Shown: piece by piece, positions 47,544 to 57,543 of the stretch
Position numbering within the stretch: the stretch's first letter is position 1
How the letters are laid out: each line of letters begins with the position of its first letter
NCBI GenBank assembly: GCA_002307035.1
Contig: DBTL01000091.1
Location: 11,175-75,174, forward strand
DNA: 64,000 nucleotides
Origin: Bacteroides sp. UBA1317
Lineage (GTDB): Bacteria; Bacteroidota; Bacteroidia; Bacteroidales; Bacteroidaceae
Direction of reading: 5' to 3'
Position numbers and translations under genes: made by a program
Notes under the pieces: model-generated
The model's input: only the letters and a program-made list of their open reading frames with translations
What the model was told of the DNA's origin: nothing
Databases searched by the model: none

Positions 47544-50540
47544 TCAAAAATTAATTTTTGCACCAAGTATGAATGTTCTCGGACGCGGGTACATATTGTT
47601 ATCAATTCCACTATATATTTCAGGATCAATTCCGTCATAACTAGTAATAGTGCATACATTCTGAACTGTCATGTAAAGATTTAAACCCAAATTACGATCT
47701 TTAAAAGCAAACAGTTTATCAAATTTATAGCTAAGCGTAATGTTATCCAACTTTAAGAATGAAGCATCACGAACATAATAATCAGAAAAATACTGTGCTG
47801 ATGAACTGAAGTTAGTGGTAGGTGCAGAAACCATACGATTACTGACAAAACTATTGGTCCACAAGTCTGATAGAAGTTCATAGTTTGAAGACATATTATC
47901 GTACATCCAATTTCCAACACTAGCATGTCCTGACACTGCAAGAGTCCAAGCCTTCCATGATAATGAAGAATTAAAGCCGAAAGTTACATCAGGAGAAGCC
48001 TTATGATATACATATTTGTCACTTGATGTAATTTGTCCATCGTCATTTCTATCTACGTAAGCCCCTTCAATAGGAGTACCATCAGTATCATAAATCTGTT
48101 CGTACACATAAAAAGAGTTTGTAGCCTGACCTACCTGATTTATTTGAATTGTATTGCCAACACCACCTGAGATCCCTCCAGTTTCTACTCCAATATAATC
48201 AGCATCATTACTTGTTGTTAATTTTGTGATTTTATTCTTATTCCAAGCAACATTGGCACCCAATGTCCAGTACCAATCTTTTGTTTGAACAGGAATAGCA
48301 TTCACCTCAAATTCAAGACCTGTATTCTCCAAATCACCAACATTAGTAGTTAAATAATTAGTAAGATTACTTAATGAAGCAATAGGTATATAGTTTATCA
48401 AGTCTGTAGTTTTACGATAATAAAAATCCAAAGCTCCGGTGATTCTTCCATTTAAGAAACCATAATCAAGACCTGCATTGTAAGTCGTTGTAGTCTCCCA
48501 TTTAAGCTCTGAATTATAACCATCAGGGGTAAGAGGAGTTACTAATTCATCACCAAAATAATAGCTACTCTCGGACGTATTCGTGGTGTATGTAGCCACT
48601 GTAGGATAATTACCCGCATTCAAATCTTGCTGACCTGTTTTACCCCAACTCAAACGTAGCTTTAAAGTTGAAAGAGGGGAAGCTTTCATAAATTTTTCAT
48701 TAGCGATATTCCAACCAAGAGCAACAGAAGGGAAAAATCCCCAATGATCTTTTGTGAAACGAGAAGTACCATCTTGGCGGACAGTTACAGTAGTCATATA
48801 ACGATTATCAAAAGAATAATTGGCACGCCCAAAGAAAGAAACTAAGTAATATTCTGTCTTATCAACAGTTTCATCTGCAAGCAAAACACTTCTGTCTAAT
48901 TGCTTCACCTCTTTAGACCAATTAGAAGAATAAAAATGTTGCCAAGAATAGCCACCTAAAACATCAAAATTATGACTACCTAAACCTTTAGCATAAGCTA
49001 AATAAGTCTCCAATGTCTGATCACGTTTTAGTTCTGTATAATCAGAATGATAACCAGAACCGGATTCGGCCGTACTGTGATAAGATTGTTCACTACCTTC
49101 AGGTGTATCAACTGTTCCTTCTGATGAGGCAATATCCAAACCTAAATTCATATTAAAGCGTAAATCTTCAAAACCATGAAATTTATAATCAAATTGCGCA
49201 TTACCAACCATACGTTTTGCTGTTGCAAGATCAACCTTTTCTTTCAATAATGCAACAGGATTCATTGTAGCCATTGTGTTAAGATTGCCTTCTGAATCTC
49301 TCCATACCCTATAGCCATTATTCCCTGCAGATGAAGTATCATAAATTGATTGAGTTGGATCGTAAGCTATAGAAGCACCAATAGCATCCGAGTTAGCAAA
49401 ACGATTATCAATATACATACCCTTAGCATTAAGATTAACGGTAAGGTGTTCATTTAATAATGTAGGGCTCAAATTCAAGGAAAGAGTAGAACGTTCCATC
49501 TTTGATGTATCAAGCACGCCATTTTGATTAATGTATCCAAAAGAAACACGGTAAGGTAAGCGATCTTTTCCACCCATGCCTACATTACCAGTCAGACTTG
49601 CATTTGCATCATAAGTCATCGCTGTTCTATAAACCTCTTTCTGCCAATCTGTATCAGCAGTTCCCAATGCTGCATAAGCATCAGAACTTTCGCCTGCGTA
49701 ATTAAGAACAGCTTCTCTAATTTGATCTGCATTCATTACATCTACATATTTGGCGTTTTGACTTAGTGACGATGTAAAATCAATTGAAACATGAGGCAAA
49801 GCAGAATCTGTTTTAGAACCTTTTTTAGTAGTAATAATAATTACACCATTCGAAGCACGAGAGCCATAAATGGCTGTTGCAGAAGCATCTTTCAAAACGG
49901 TAAATGATTCAATATCATTAGGATTAATGCTTGACAGTTGATCAGTAACGCCATCTATACCATCATTACTGATAGGAAGACCATCCACAACAACTAATGG
50001 ATCGTTTGTAGCAGAAAGGGATGAGCCCCCACGAATTCTAATTGTTGAAGCAGCCCCTGGTTGACCACTTCCTGAAGTTATTACTACACCTGCCGACTTT
50101 CCTCTCAACAAATCTGCTGGAGAAGTCACAACACCCTTATTCAATTGATCAGCTTTTACTGTTGAGACAGAACCTGTAACATCGTTTTTTTTCACTGTTC
50201 CATAACCAATGACTACAGCTTCATCAAGCAGAACGGCATCATCCTGAAGAGTTACTACCATGCCTTGAGAGACTTGCACTTCGGCTGGTTTATACCCCAC
50301 AAAAGAAATAACAAGAATGGAGTTCTGAGGGGCATTAAGAACAAAATTACCATCCAGATCAGTAATTGTCCCGTTCGTAGTGCCTTTTACCAAGATATTA
50401 GCACCAATCACCGGCTCACCTGTCACATCTTTCACATGTCCCTTTACAGAGATCTGCTGTGCATAGGCGCCAATTGACAAGAACATCCCTAAGAGTAGGG
50501 GAAGAATCATTCGATAGATTCTAAGATTAACTTGCTTCAT
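47544..50540 (-). CDS. susC: SusC/RagA TonB-dependent transporter
   Basis: Start at MKQVNL; VVIGYG, IRIRGGSSL..NDPL, LKDASATAIYGSRASNGVIIITTKKG, C-terminal YPRPRTF. -7 box TATTTTTG at 50629-50636 on the minus strand. Confidence 0.96.
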   Translation of the reverse strand: MKQVNLRIYRMILPLLLGMFLSIGAYAQQISVKGHVKDVTGEPVIGANILVKGTTNGTITDLDGNFVLNAPQNSILVISFVGYKPAEVQVSQGMVVTLQDDAVLLDEAVVIGYGTVKKNDVTGSVSTVKADQLNKGVVTSPADLLRGKSAGVVITSGSGQPGAASTIRIRGGSSLSATNDPLVVVDGLPISNDGIDGVTDQLSSINPNDIESFTVLKDASATAIYGSRASNGVIIITTKKGSKTDSALPHVSIDFTSSLSQNAKYVDVMNADQIREAVLNYAGESSDAYAALGTADTDWQKEVYRTAMTYDANASLTGNVGMGGKDRLPYRVSFGYINQNGVLDTSKMERSTLSLNLSPTLLNEHLTVNLNAKGMYIDNRFANSDAIGASIAYDPTQSIYDTSSAGNNGYRVWRDSEGNLNTMATMNPVALLKEKVDLATAKRMVGNAQFDYKFHGFEDLRFNMNLGLDIASSEGTVDTPEGSEQSYHSTAESGSGYHSDYTELKRDQTLETYLAYAKGLGSHNFDVLGGYSWQHFYSSNWSKEVKQLDRSVLLADETVDKTEYYLVSFFGRANYSFDNRYMTTVTVRQDGTSRFTKDHWGFFPSVALGWNIANEKFMKASPLSTLKLRLSWGKTGQQDLNAGNYPTVATYTTNTSESSYYFGDELVTPLTPDGYNSELKWETTTTYNAGLDYGFLNGRITGALDFYYRKTTDLINYIPIASLSNLTNYLTTNVGDLENTGLEFEVNAIPVQTKDWYWTLGANVAWNKNKITKLTTSNDADYIGVETGGISGGVGNTIQINQVGQATNSFYVYEQIYDTDGTPIEGAYVDRNDDGQITSSDKYVYHKASPDVTFGFNSSLSWKAWTLAVSGHASVGNWMYDNMSSNYELLSDLWTNSFVSNRMVSAPTTNFSSSAQYFSDYYVRDASFLKLDNITLSYKFDKLFAFKDRNLGLNLYMTVQNVCTITSYDGIDPEIYSGIDNNMYPRPRTFILGAKINF

Positions 50541-50691
50541 GCATTTTAAAATTAAAGTTAACAATATATGAATATAGATTTTGCGGATTGAAAATGGAAA
50601 TGTTAAGTCCATCATCTTCTACGTTGAGCAAAAATAGGACTTCTTAACATTAACGACATAACGAATATACTCAAATCTGCATTTACTCTTA

Positions 50692-50705
50692 TGCAATCGT
50701 TTGCA
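50692..50705. promoter_or_regulatory. Putative LacI-family operator between susC and the LacI gene
   Basis: Near-palindrome TGCAATCGTTTGCA with central CG. Confidence 0.7.
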
Positions 50706-50852
50706 CCTATTCTGAAAGGCAAAGAGGCCTCATTATCAAACAATTAATCCTTATTCTACTATTTTTGCATATAAATAGGAAACAAAGAGAATGATCTAAT
50801 GTTTTTATTTCTATTGGATTTGAATTACCTTTGGCTCAAACTGATGTAAACC

Positions 50853-51866
50853 ATGAATAAACCGCAGATTACCATTAAAGACATAGGCCGGGCATTGGGC
50901 TTTTCACCCTCCACTGTGTCAAGAGCTTTGAAAGACAATCCGGATATAAGTTTGGAAACAAGAGAGGCTATACATAAGTACGCGCGTGAACATAATTATA
51001 AACCGAATGCGTTGGCTCTTAACTTGCGAACAAATCGTTCAAACACTATCGGGGTGATTGTTCCTCAACTGGTTCACCATTTCTTTTCGTGTGTGCTAAG
51101 CGGTATAGAGAAGAGTGCTGCAAAGGCGGGCTATAACATTCTGGTGGCGCAAAGTAATGAAAGTTACAAACAAGAGGTGAAGATCGTTCACTCTTTTCTT
51201 GCGGCAAGGGTTTGCGGTGTCATCGCTTCTCTGGCTAAGGATACTTCACAATATGATCATTATCAAGATCTTTTGGATAACAATATTCCTATTGTTTTTT
51301 ATGACCGTATCTGTACCGGCATCAACACGGAGCGGGTGGTGGTGGACGACTATGCTGGGGCGTTTGCTGCAGTGGAGTATATGATTCAAACCGGATGCCG
51401 ACGCATCCTTTTCTACAGCGGGCCGCCCAATCTGGAAATATCAAAAAACAGAAGAAACGGTTATCTGGATGCAATGAAGAGGTATAAAATTCCGGTAAAC
51501 GATACGATGATAAAGCTTTGCGACACACGTGAACAGGCTATTGCCATTACACCTGATTTTCTGGAGAAACAAGACCGCCCGGATGGATTCTTTGCCATTA
51601 ACGACGAAACGGCTTCGGGCATTCTTTATGCCTGCAAGCTGGTAGGCATGAAAGTTCCGGATGAGGTTTCTATCTGTGGATTTACAGATGGGGCCATTGC
51701 ACAGAATACTGATCCGAAGTTAACGACGGTGGAACAACACGGGCAGGAAGTTGGAGAGAGTGCTATTGATATTCTGATCAACAAGATAGAAGATAAAACC
51801 GGAGAGTTGAAAAGTGCGAACCGGATCGTGAAAACAAATCTGGTGGTGCGGGGCACTACTAAATAG
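50853..51866 (+). CDS. LacI family transcriptional regulator
   Basis: TIKDIG..LG.SPSTVSRAL HTH, YKPN..A..L hinge, periplasmic-binding-type sensor domain. Confidence 0.96.
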   Translation: MNKPQITIKDIGRALGFSPSTVSRALKDNPDISLETREAIHKYAREHNYKPNALALNLRTNRSNTIGVIVPQLVHHFFSCVLSGIEKSAAKAGYNILVAQSNESYKQEVKIVHSFLAARVCGVIASLAKDTSQYDHYQDLLDNNIPIVFYDRICTGINTERVVVDDYAGAFAAVEYMIQTGCRRILFYSGPPNLEISKNRRNGYLDAMKRYKIPVNDTMIKLCDTREQAIAITPDFLEKQDRPDGFFAINDETASGILYACKLVGMKVPDEVSICGFTDGAIAQNTDPKLTTVEQHGQEVGESAIDILINKIEDKTGELKSANRIVKTNLVVRGTTK

Positions 51867-51895
51867 GAACTAATAGATTAAATCCTAAAAAGACC

Positions 51896-53233
51896 ATGAA
51901 AATAAAACCTGATTTAAATTTTTGGAAGCTGTGGAACATCAGTTTCGGCTTTTTCGGTGTGCAGATTGCTTATGCGCTGCAAAGTGCCAACATTAGCCGT
52001 ATATTCTCTACGCTGGGGGCCGATCCTCATAATTTGAGTTATTTTTGGATCCTTCCTCCACTGGCGGGCATCATCGTGCAACCGATCATCGGATCGGCAA
52101 GTGACAAGACGTGGACACGTTTCGGAAGGAGGATACCTTATTTATTTATAGGATCCATTGTTGCCATGTTGGTGATGTGCTTACTGCCTAATGCGGGAAG
52201 CTTTGGGATGGCAGTGGGCACTGCAATGATATTCGGGGTGGTTTCGCTCATGTTTCTCGACACGTCTGTCAATATGGCCATGCAGCCTTTCAAGATGTTG
52301 GTGGGCGACATGGTGAATGAAAAGCAAAAGGGTCTGGCCTACTCCATCCAGAGTTTTCTGTGCAATGCCGGTAGCCTGATGGGGTACATGTTTCCTTTCA
52401 TCTTTACCTGGATAGGAATCAGCAACATAGCCGAAAAAGGTACAGTGCCCGATTCGGTGATTTACTCTTTCTATATCGGTGCCGCCATCTTGATGTTGTG
52501 CGTGATCTACACCATGCTGAAGGTGAAAGAGATGCCGCCAAAAGAATTTGAAGCGTTTCATGGCATCACAGCAGATGAAAAGAAAGAAAAGACGGATTTC
52601 CTTTCGTTACTGAAACATGCACCGAAAGTGTTTTGGACAGTCGGGTTGGTACAGTTTTTCAGTTGGGCAGCCTTTATGTATATGTGGACGTACACCAACG
52701 GCGCCATTGCCGACACGGTGTGGAATGCAACAAGTGCACAAAGTGAAGGATATCAGGAAGCAGGCAACTGGGTAGGTGTGCTCTTTGCCGTGCAAGCCAT
52801 CGGTTCGGTAGTCTGGGCTATCGTGTTACCCTTGTTCAAATCTCGAAAGATGGGTTATTCACTCAGTTTGGTGTTGGGAGGAATTGGTTTCATCTCTACC
52901 CTCTTCTTCCACAATCAATATCTGCTTTTTGTTTCTTACCTGCTCATCGGTTGTGCGTGGGCGGCTATGCTGGCCATGCCGTTTACGATACTGACTAACT
53001 CCATTTCGGGCAAGAACATGGGAGCTTATCTGGGATTGTTCAATGGAACCATCTGTCTGCCTCAAATTGCAGCCGCACTCCTTGGTGGCGGATTACTTCA
53101 TTTGGTGAGTGGGCGGCAAGTGAACATGCTGGTGCTGGCAGGAGTATTTCTTATCATAGGGGCATGCTGCGTTTACTTTGTAAAAGAAACAGTGGCGCAT
53201 AAAGAAGAAAAGCCCGAAGCAGTGAAAAATTAG
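51896..53233 (+). CDS. MFS sugar transporter (maltose/sucrose permease-like, SLC45/GPH)
   Basis: ISFGFFGVQ, VQPIIG..SD.TW.RFGRR.PY. Confidence 0.9.
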   Translation: MKIKPDLNFWKLWNISFGFFGVQIAYALQSANISRIFSTLGADPHNLSYFWILPPLAGIIVQPIIGSASDKTWTRFGRRIPYLFIGSIVAMLVMCLLPNAGSFGMAVGTAMIFGVVSLMFLDTSVNMAMQPFKMLVGDMVNEKQKGLAYSIQSFLCNAGSLMGYMFPFIFTWIGISNIAEKGTVPDSVIYSFYIGAAILMLCVIYTMLKVKEMPPKEFEAFHGITADEKKEKTDFLSLLKHAPKVFWTVGLVQFFSWAAFMYMWTYTNGAIADTVWNATSAQSEGYQEAGNWVGVLFAVQAIGSVVWAIVLPLFKSRKMGYSLSLVLGGIGFISTLFFHNQYLLFVSYLLIGCAWAAMLAMPFTILTNSISGKNMGAYLGLFNGTICLPQIAAALLGGGLLHLVSGRQVNMLVLAGVFLIIGACCVYFVKETVAHKEEKPEAVKN

Positions 53234-53242
53234 CTAAAGTTT

Positions 53243-53611
53243 CAAGCCGAAAAGCTTGACTTTGGCTAGTAAATGTATTACTTTTGTAAGCGTAATCATA
53301 AAGTAGTTTGAGATTAAACTACGGTAAACGGGGGAAGTTGTTGCTTCTCCCGTTTTTTATTTCTGCACGGTTCTTTTGGGCCAACTGAACCGTGCAGAAT
53401 GGGTAAAAGAACGGTTCAGTTGAGCAATTTGCCGGTTTCTTTCACTTCGGAAGACGGTTTCATTTCCCCAATATGCTTATTTGTTATCGGAATAACTCCT
53501 AATGAAAAGTAGTTTTCCTCGTATTGTTATGCGAAAAGGACCTTTATCTCTTTCAGTCAGTTCCTTTCTCTTAATAATACATAAATCTACTCTTGACAAA
53601 AAACAGCTCAT
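53243..53611. repeat. Dispersed intergenic element A, copy 2
   Basis: Colinear similarity to 15110-15520, with an inverted 41-bp internal segment. Confidence 0.75.
53291..53358 (+). ncRNA. Putative ~68-nt small RNA, paralog 2
   Basis: -7 TACTTTTG (53279-53286), CGTAATCATAAAGTAGTTTGA, terminator ACGGGGGAAG-ttgttg-CTTCTCCCGT+T5 covarying with paralog 1. Confidence 0.7.
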
Positions 53612-53614
53612 AAT

Positions 53615-53778
53615 ATAACTTTATTTACAAATGAAGGATTTTTCAGAGAAGATACAACTTCAGCGTGTTGAACGTCCGATATCAGCGTGTTGAAAACGTA
53701 CATTCAACACGCTGATATCGGACATTCAACAAACCCCTCTCACAAGGCCTGTAGCGATAGATCTGCAATATTTACATT
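53615..53778. repeat. Dispersed palindromic element B, copy 2
   Basis: 29-bp inverted repeat 53666-53694 / 53703-53731 (1 mismatch); flanks match copy 1. Confidence 0.9.
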
Positions 53779-53925
53779 AGAAGACTCCTTGCCTATATGA
53801 TCGGGCTAAAGATAAAACCCACTGTTATCTATCGAAAATACTTTTTTCTTGTATGATATAAATCAATTCATTTGTTCTTTCTCTATCTTTTTACGTACTT
53901 TGGAGGATTGATAAAACCTATTGCC

Positions 53926-56238
53926 ATGAAAAGATTCCTCAAAACAGATGAATGGAACATCATCGAAGAAAGTTTCCATGCCGACCGCCTACGTGCCTCG
54001 GAAAGTATATTCAGTTTGGGCAACGGACGTATCGGTCAGCGGGGCAATTTTGAGGAAACGTATAGTAGTGACAATCTGCAAGGATCTTATCTGGCTGGCA
54101 TTGCATTCCTCGACAAAACCCGCGTGGGATGGTGGAAAAACGGATATCCGAAGTTCTTCTCGCGCATACCGAATGCTCCCAACTGGAGTGCCATTTTTCT
54201 GCGGCTTATTGATGAGGAATTGGATCTTGCACTATGGGATGTGGATAGTTTCGACAGACGGCTCGACTTGAAAGAGGGTATCTCCTACCGTGACTTTCAG
54301 GTGACTTCCCCTAAAGGGCATACGCTGAAGGTGCATGTGGAACACATCAATAGCATGAGTAATCAGAATCTGTGTCTCATCAAGTACAGCGTGACTTCAG
54401 TCAACTATGAAGGAAAGATATCACTAGTGCCTCATCTCAACGGAGATGTGAAGCATGAAACATCTAACTTCAACGAAAAGATGTGGAACATTCTACGTGC
54501 GGAGACGACCAACGAATATGCTTATCTGTGGACACAAACCCGCCACGAAGACTCTCAGGTATGTTGCTCGATGACTTATCAACTATACAAAAACAGCAAA
54601 GAAGTAACAAGCAGCCCCATCAAAATAGAAAAAGAAAAGCTTACCGGCTTTAGCATCGGCGCCGATGTGAAGCCCGGTGATCGGGTGACGCTCATCAAAT
54701 ACACTGCCATCGTAAGTTCTCTCTATTGTGACAGGCAGCAATTGGTGGAAGAATCTGTGGCTGAAAGTAAGAATGCCAAAGCGAAAGGTTGGGATGCGTT
54801 GCTGCAAGAACACAAAGACGTCTGGAGTGAGATTTGGAAAGAGTCCGATGTGGTCATTGAGGGTGACCCGGAGGCCCAGCAAGGCATTCGTTTCAACATC
54901 TTCCAACTGAACCAGACTTATCGGGGAGATGACCCACGACTGAACATCGGCTCAAAAGGGTTTACCGGAGAGAAGTATGGTGGAAACACTTTTTGGAACA
55001 CGGAACTGTGTTGTGTACCGTTCTTTCTGCTATCCAGTTCCAAAGAGATAGCCCGAAACTTACTACTCTATCGTTACAATCATCTGCCCAAGGCAATAGA
55101 GAATGCCCGAAAGTTAGGATTCAAAGGAGGCGCGGCTCTCTATCCGATGGTAACCATCAACGGTGATGAATGCCACAACGAATGGGAGATTACTTTCGAA
55201 GAGATTCATCGTAACAACATCATTGCCTATGCCATTGTGTTATACACCACGATGACGGGTAGCAAAGAATACGTAGCCCACTACGGACTTGAAGTGCTAA
55301 TTGCCATCAGCCGTTTTTGGAGTCAACGGGTATCCTTCTCGCAACCGAAGCAGAAGTACGTGTTGTTGGGTGTTACCGGCCCTAACGAATATGAGAATAA
55401 TGTAGATAACAACTGGTATACGAACTATTCGTGCGTACAGTGCCTACAAGCTACGATCAATTATTTGGAGATGGTGGCAAGTGAATATCCCGATGAATAC
55501 TTACGTATCCGCAGAGCCACTGCTTTTGAGTATTCAGAAACTGCCCGATGGAAAGAAATAATAGAGAACATGTATCTGCCCGAAGACAAAGAGCTGGGCA
55601 TATTCGTGCAACACGACGGCTATTTGGATAAAGAGCAGAAGACAGTGGATGAAATTCCCGCAGCCGAACGTCCGATCAATCAGCATTGGTCGTGGGATCG
55701 TATCTTGCGCTCGTGCTACATCAAGCAAAGCGATGTACTATTAGGATTATATTTGTATTATTCTGACTTTGATGCCAAAACCATTCGCCGCAACTTTCAC
55801 TTCTACGAGCCTCGCACATTGCACGAGTCCTCTCTATCGCCTTACATACATTCCATACTGGCTTCGAGGATAGATGATGTAGAGAAAGCCTACAATCTCT
55901 TTTTGCATGCCACCCGGCTCGATCTTGACGACTACAACAATGAAGTGGAACAAGGACTGCACATTACCAGCATGGCGGGCAGTTGGCTAGCCATTGTCAG
56001 AGGTTTTGGCGGAATGCAAATTAAAGACGACTCGCTGAACTTTAGTCCTGCCATACCAAGCAAATGGAACAGTTATTCGTTCAATATAAATTTCAGAGGA
56101 CGCACACTACAAATCACTGTTGAGAAAGAACTAATTCGCATGGAGCTAAAAACCGGTGAGGAACTAGATATACTAATTTACAACCAGACATACTCCATTC
56201 GTCCCAAGAAAGTGATAAATGTTCCTATGCAAAAGTAG
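53926..56238 (+). CDS. GH65 maltose phosphorylase-like enzyme
   Basis: Start at MKRFLK; ESIFSLGNG, KGFTGEKYGG..FW, GPNEYE, IKQSDV, HESSLS. Confidence 0.92.
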   Translation: MKRFLKTDEWNIIEESFHADRLRASESIFSLGNGRIGQRGNFEETYSSDNLQGSYLAGIAFLDKTRVGWWKNGYPKFFSRIPNAPNWSAIFLRLIDEELDLALWDVDSFDRRLDLKEGISYRDFQVTSPKGHTLKVHVEHINSMSNQNLCLIKYSVTSVNYEGKISLVPHLNGDVKHETSNFNEKMWNILRAETTNEYAYLWTQTRHEDSQVCCSMTYQLYKNSKEVTSSPIKIEKEKLTGFSIGADVKPGDRVTLIKYTAIVSSLYCDRQQLVEESVAESKNAKAKGWDALLQEHKDVWSEIWKESDVVIEGDPEAQQGIRFNIFQLNQTYRGDDPRLNIGSKGFTGEKYGGNTFWNTELCCVPFFLLSSSKEIARNLLLYRYNHLPKAIENARKLGFKGGAALYPMVTINGDECHNEWEITFEEIHRNNIIAYAIVLYTTMTGSKEYVAHYGLEVLIAISRFWSQRVSFSQPKQKYVLLGVTGPNEYENNVDNNWYTNYSCVQCLQATINYLEMVASEYPDEYLRIRRATAFEYSETARWKEIIENMYLPEDKELGIFVQHDGYLDKEQKTVDEIPAAERPINQHWSWDRILRSCYIKQSDVLLGLYLYYSDFDAKTIRRNFHFYEPRTLHESSLSPYIHSILASRIDDVEKAYNLFLHATRLDLDDYNNEVEQGLHITSMAGSWLAIVRGFGGMQIKDDSLNFSPAIPSKWNSYSFNINFRGRTLQITVEKELIRMELKTGEELDILIYNQTYSIRPKKVINVPMQK

Positions 56239-56241
56239 AGT

Positions 56242-56281
56242 AAAAAGGCCATCTCAACCCTATTAAAAGTTAAGATGGCCT
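56242..56281. terminator. Hairpin between convergent GH65 and oadB
   Basis: AGGCCATCT...AGATGGCCT with an A5 tract on the left. Confidence 0.6.
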
Positions 56282-56307
56282 ACAAAAATGATAAGAGAGA
56301 GAGAAAA

Positions 56308-57543
56308 CTATCCTAAGAACGAGATCAGTACTCCCGCTGCAACGGCTGAGCCGATTACACCAGAAATATTACTCGACATACAATATTGTAATACATGGTT
56401 TTTAGGGTCATACTTCAAAGCTATTTCATTGGCCACACGACTAGCCATAGGCACAGCACTCAGCCCCGTGGCACCAATCAGTGGATTGATCTTTTTCTTG
56501 GAAAAAAGATTAACCACTTTCACAAATAAAATACCTCCCGAGATAGAAAGGGCAAAAGCCAAGAAACCTCCTACCACAATGCCTATCGTCGTCCAATTCA
56601 GAAAAGCTTCGGTAGTCATTGTTGCCCCCACCGAAAGTCCAAGGAAGATGGTGGCAGCATTCATGATACTGTTTGATGCCGCATCATAGAGACGGAAAGT
56701 ATTCGTGCCGATCTCTTTCACCAAGTTACCAAACATCAACATACCAATCAATGGCACAGCACTTGGCACAAACAAGGCCACAACAGTTGTCACCACAATA
56801 GGGAAGATAATCTTCAGCACACGCAAGTTCTTAATTTTGGTTTTCGACGGATACATCTTTTCCTGTTCTTTCATGTTAATGCTAAGCTCCTTCTTCGTAC
56901 AAAGCAATCTCACTACTAGAGGTATAATGACCGGAACAAGCGCCATATACGAGTAAGCGGCAATCGCAATAGGACCAAGCAGATGTGGCGCCAGCTTAAT
57001 TGTGGTAAAGATGGCCGTAGGTCCGTCAGCACCGCCAATAATACCCAATGAAGCAGCCTCTTTCGGAGTAAAGCCCATCAGGATGGCTACCAACAACACA
57101 GTAAAGATACCTAACTGAGCTGCAGCACCAAAGATAGAAAGCCTCAAATTGCGTAGCATCGGTCCAAAGTCCGTCAGAGCACCTACTCCCATAAAAATTA
57201 TCGGAGGCAAGAAACCTGTTTTGATCAGCATGTAGTAAACGAAGTTCATCAATCCCAGTTCGTGCGCAATCTCGTGCAAAGGCATTTCCCAAATGTTCCT
57301 CATCACGCCGTGCACGTTGATTAAACCATTCTCATTTGCCTGAATAACGCCCATTTCACCTCCGGGAAAGTTGGCCAGCAACACCCCGAAAGCAATGGGT
57401 ACAAGAAGCAAGGGTTCGTATTGCTTCTTGATACCAAGATAGAGCAGAACAAAGGCAATGGCGTACATTATCAGAAACTGCGGTTCGGCAATTATATTGC
57501 TGAAGGCAGTCATATTGTATAAGTTCTCAAATATCTCGTTCAT
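56308..57543 (-). CDS. oadB: Na+-translocating oxaloacetate decarboxylase beta subunit
   Basis: EPLLLVPIAFG, IIGGADGPT, NISGVIGSAVAAG. Confidence 0.92.
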   Translation of the reverse strand: MNEIFENLYNMTAFSNIIAEPQFLIMYAIAFVLLYLGIKKQYEPLLLVPIAFGVLLANFPGGEMGVIQANENGLINVHGVMRNIWEMPLHEIAHELGLMNFVYYMLIKTGFLPPIIFMGVGALTDFGPMLRNLRLSIFGAAAQLGIFTVLLVAILMGFTPKEAASLGIIGGADGPTAIFTTIKLAPHLLGPIAIAAYSYMALVPVIIPLVVRLLCTKKELSINMKEQEKMYPSKTKIKNLRVLKIIFPIVVTTVVALFVPSAVPLIGMLMFGNLVKEIGTNTFRLYDAASNSIMNAATIFLGLSVGATMTTEAFLNWTTIGIVVGGFLAFALSISGGILFVKVVNLFSKKKINPLIGATGLSAVPMASRVANEIALKYDPKNHVLQYCMSSNISGVIGSAVAAGVLISFLG

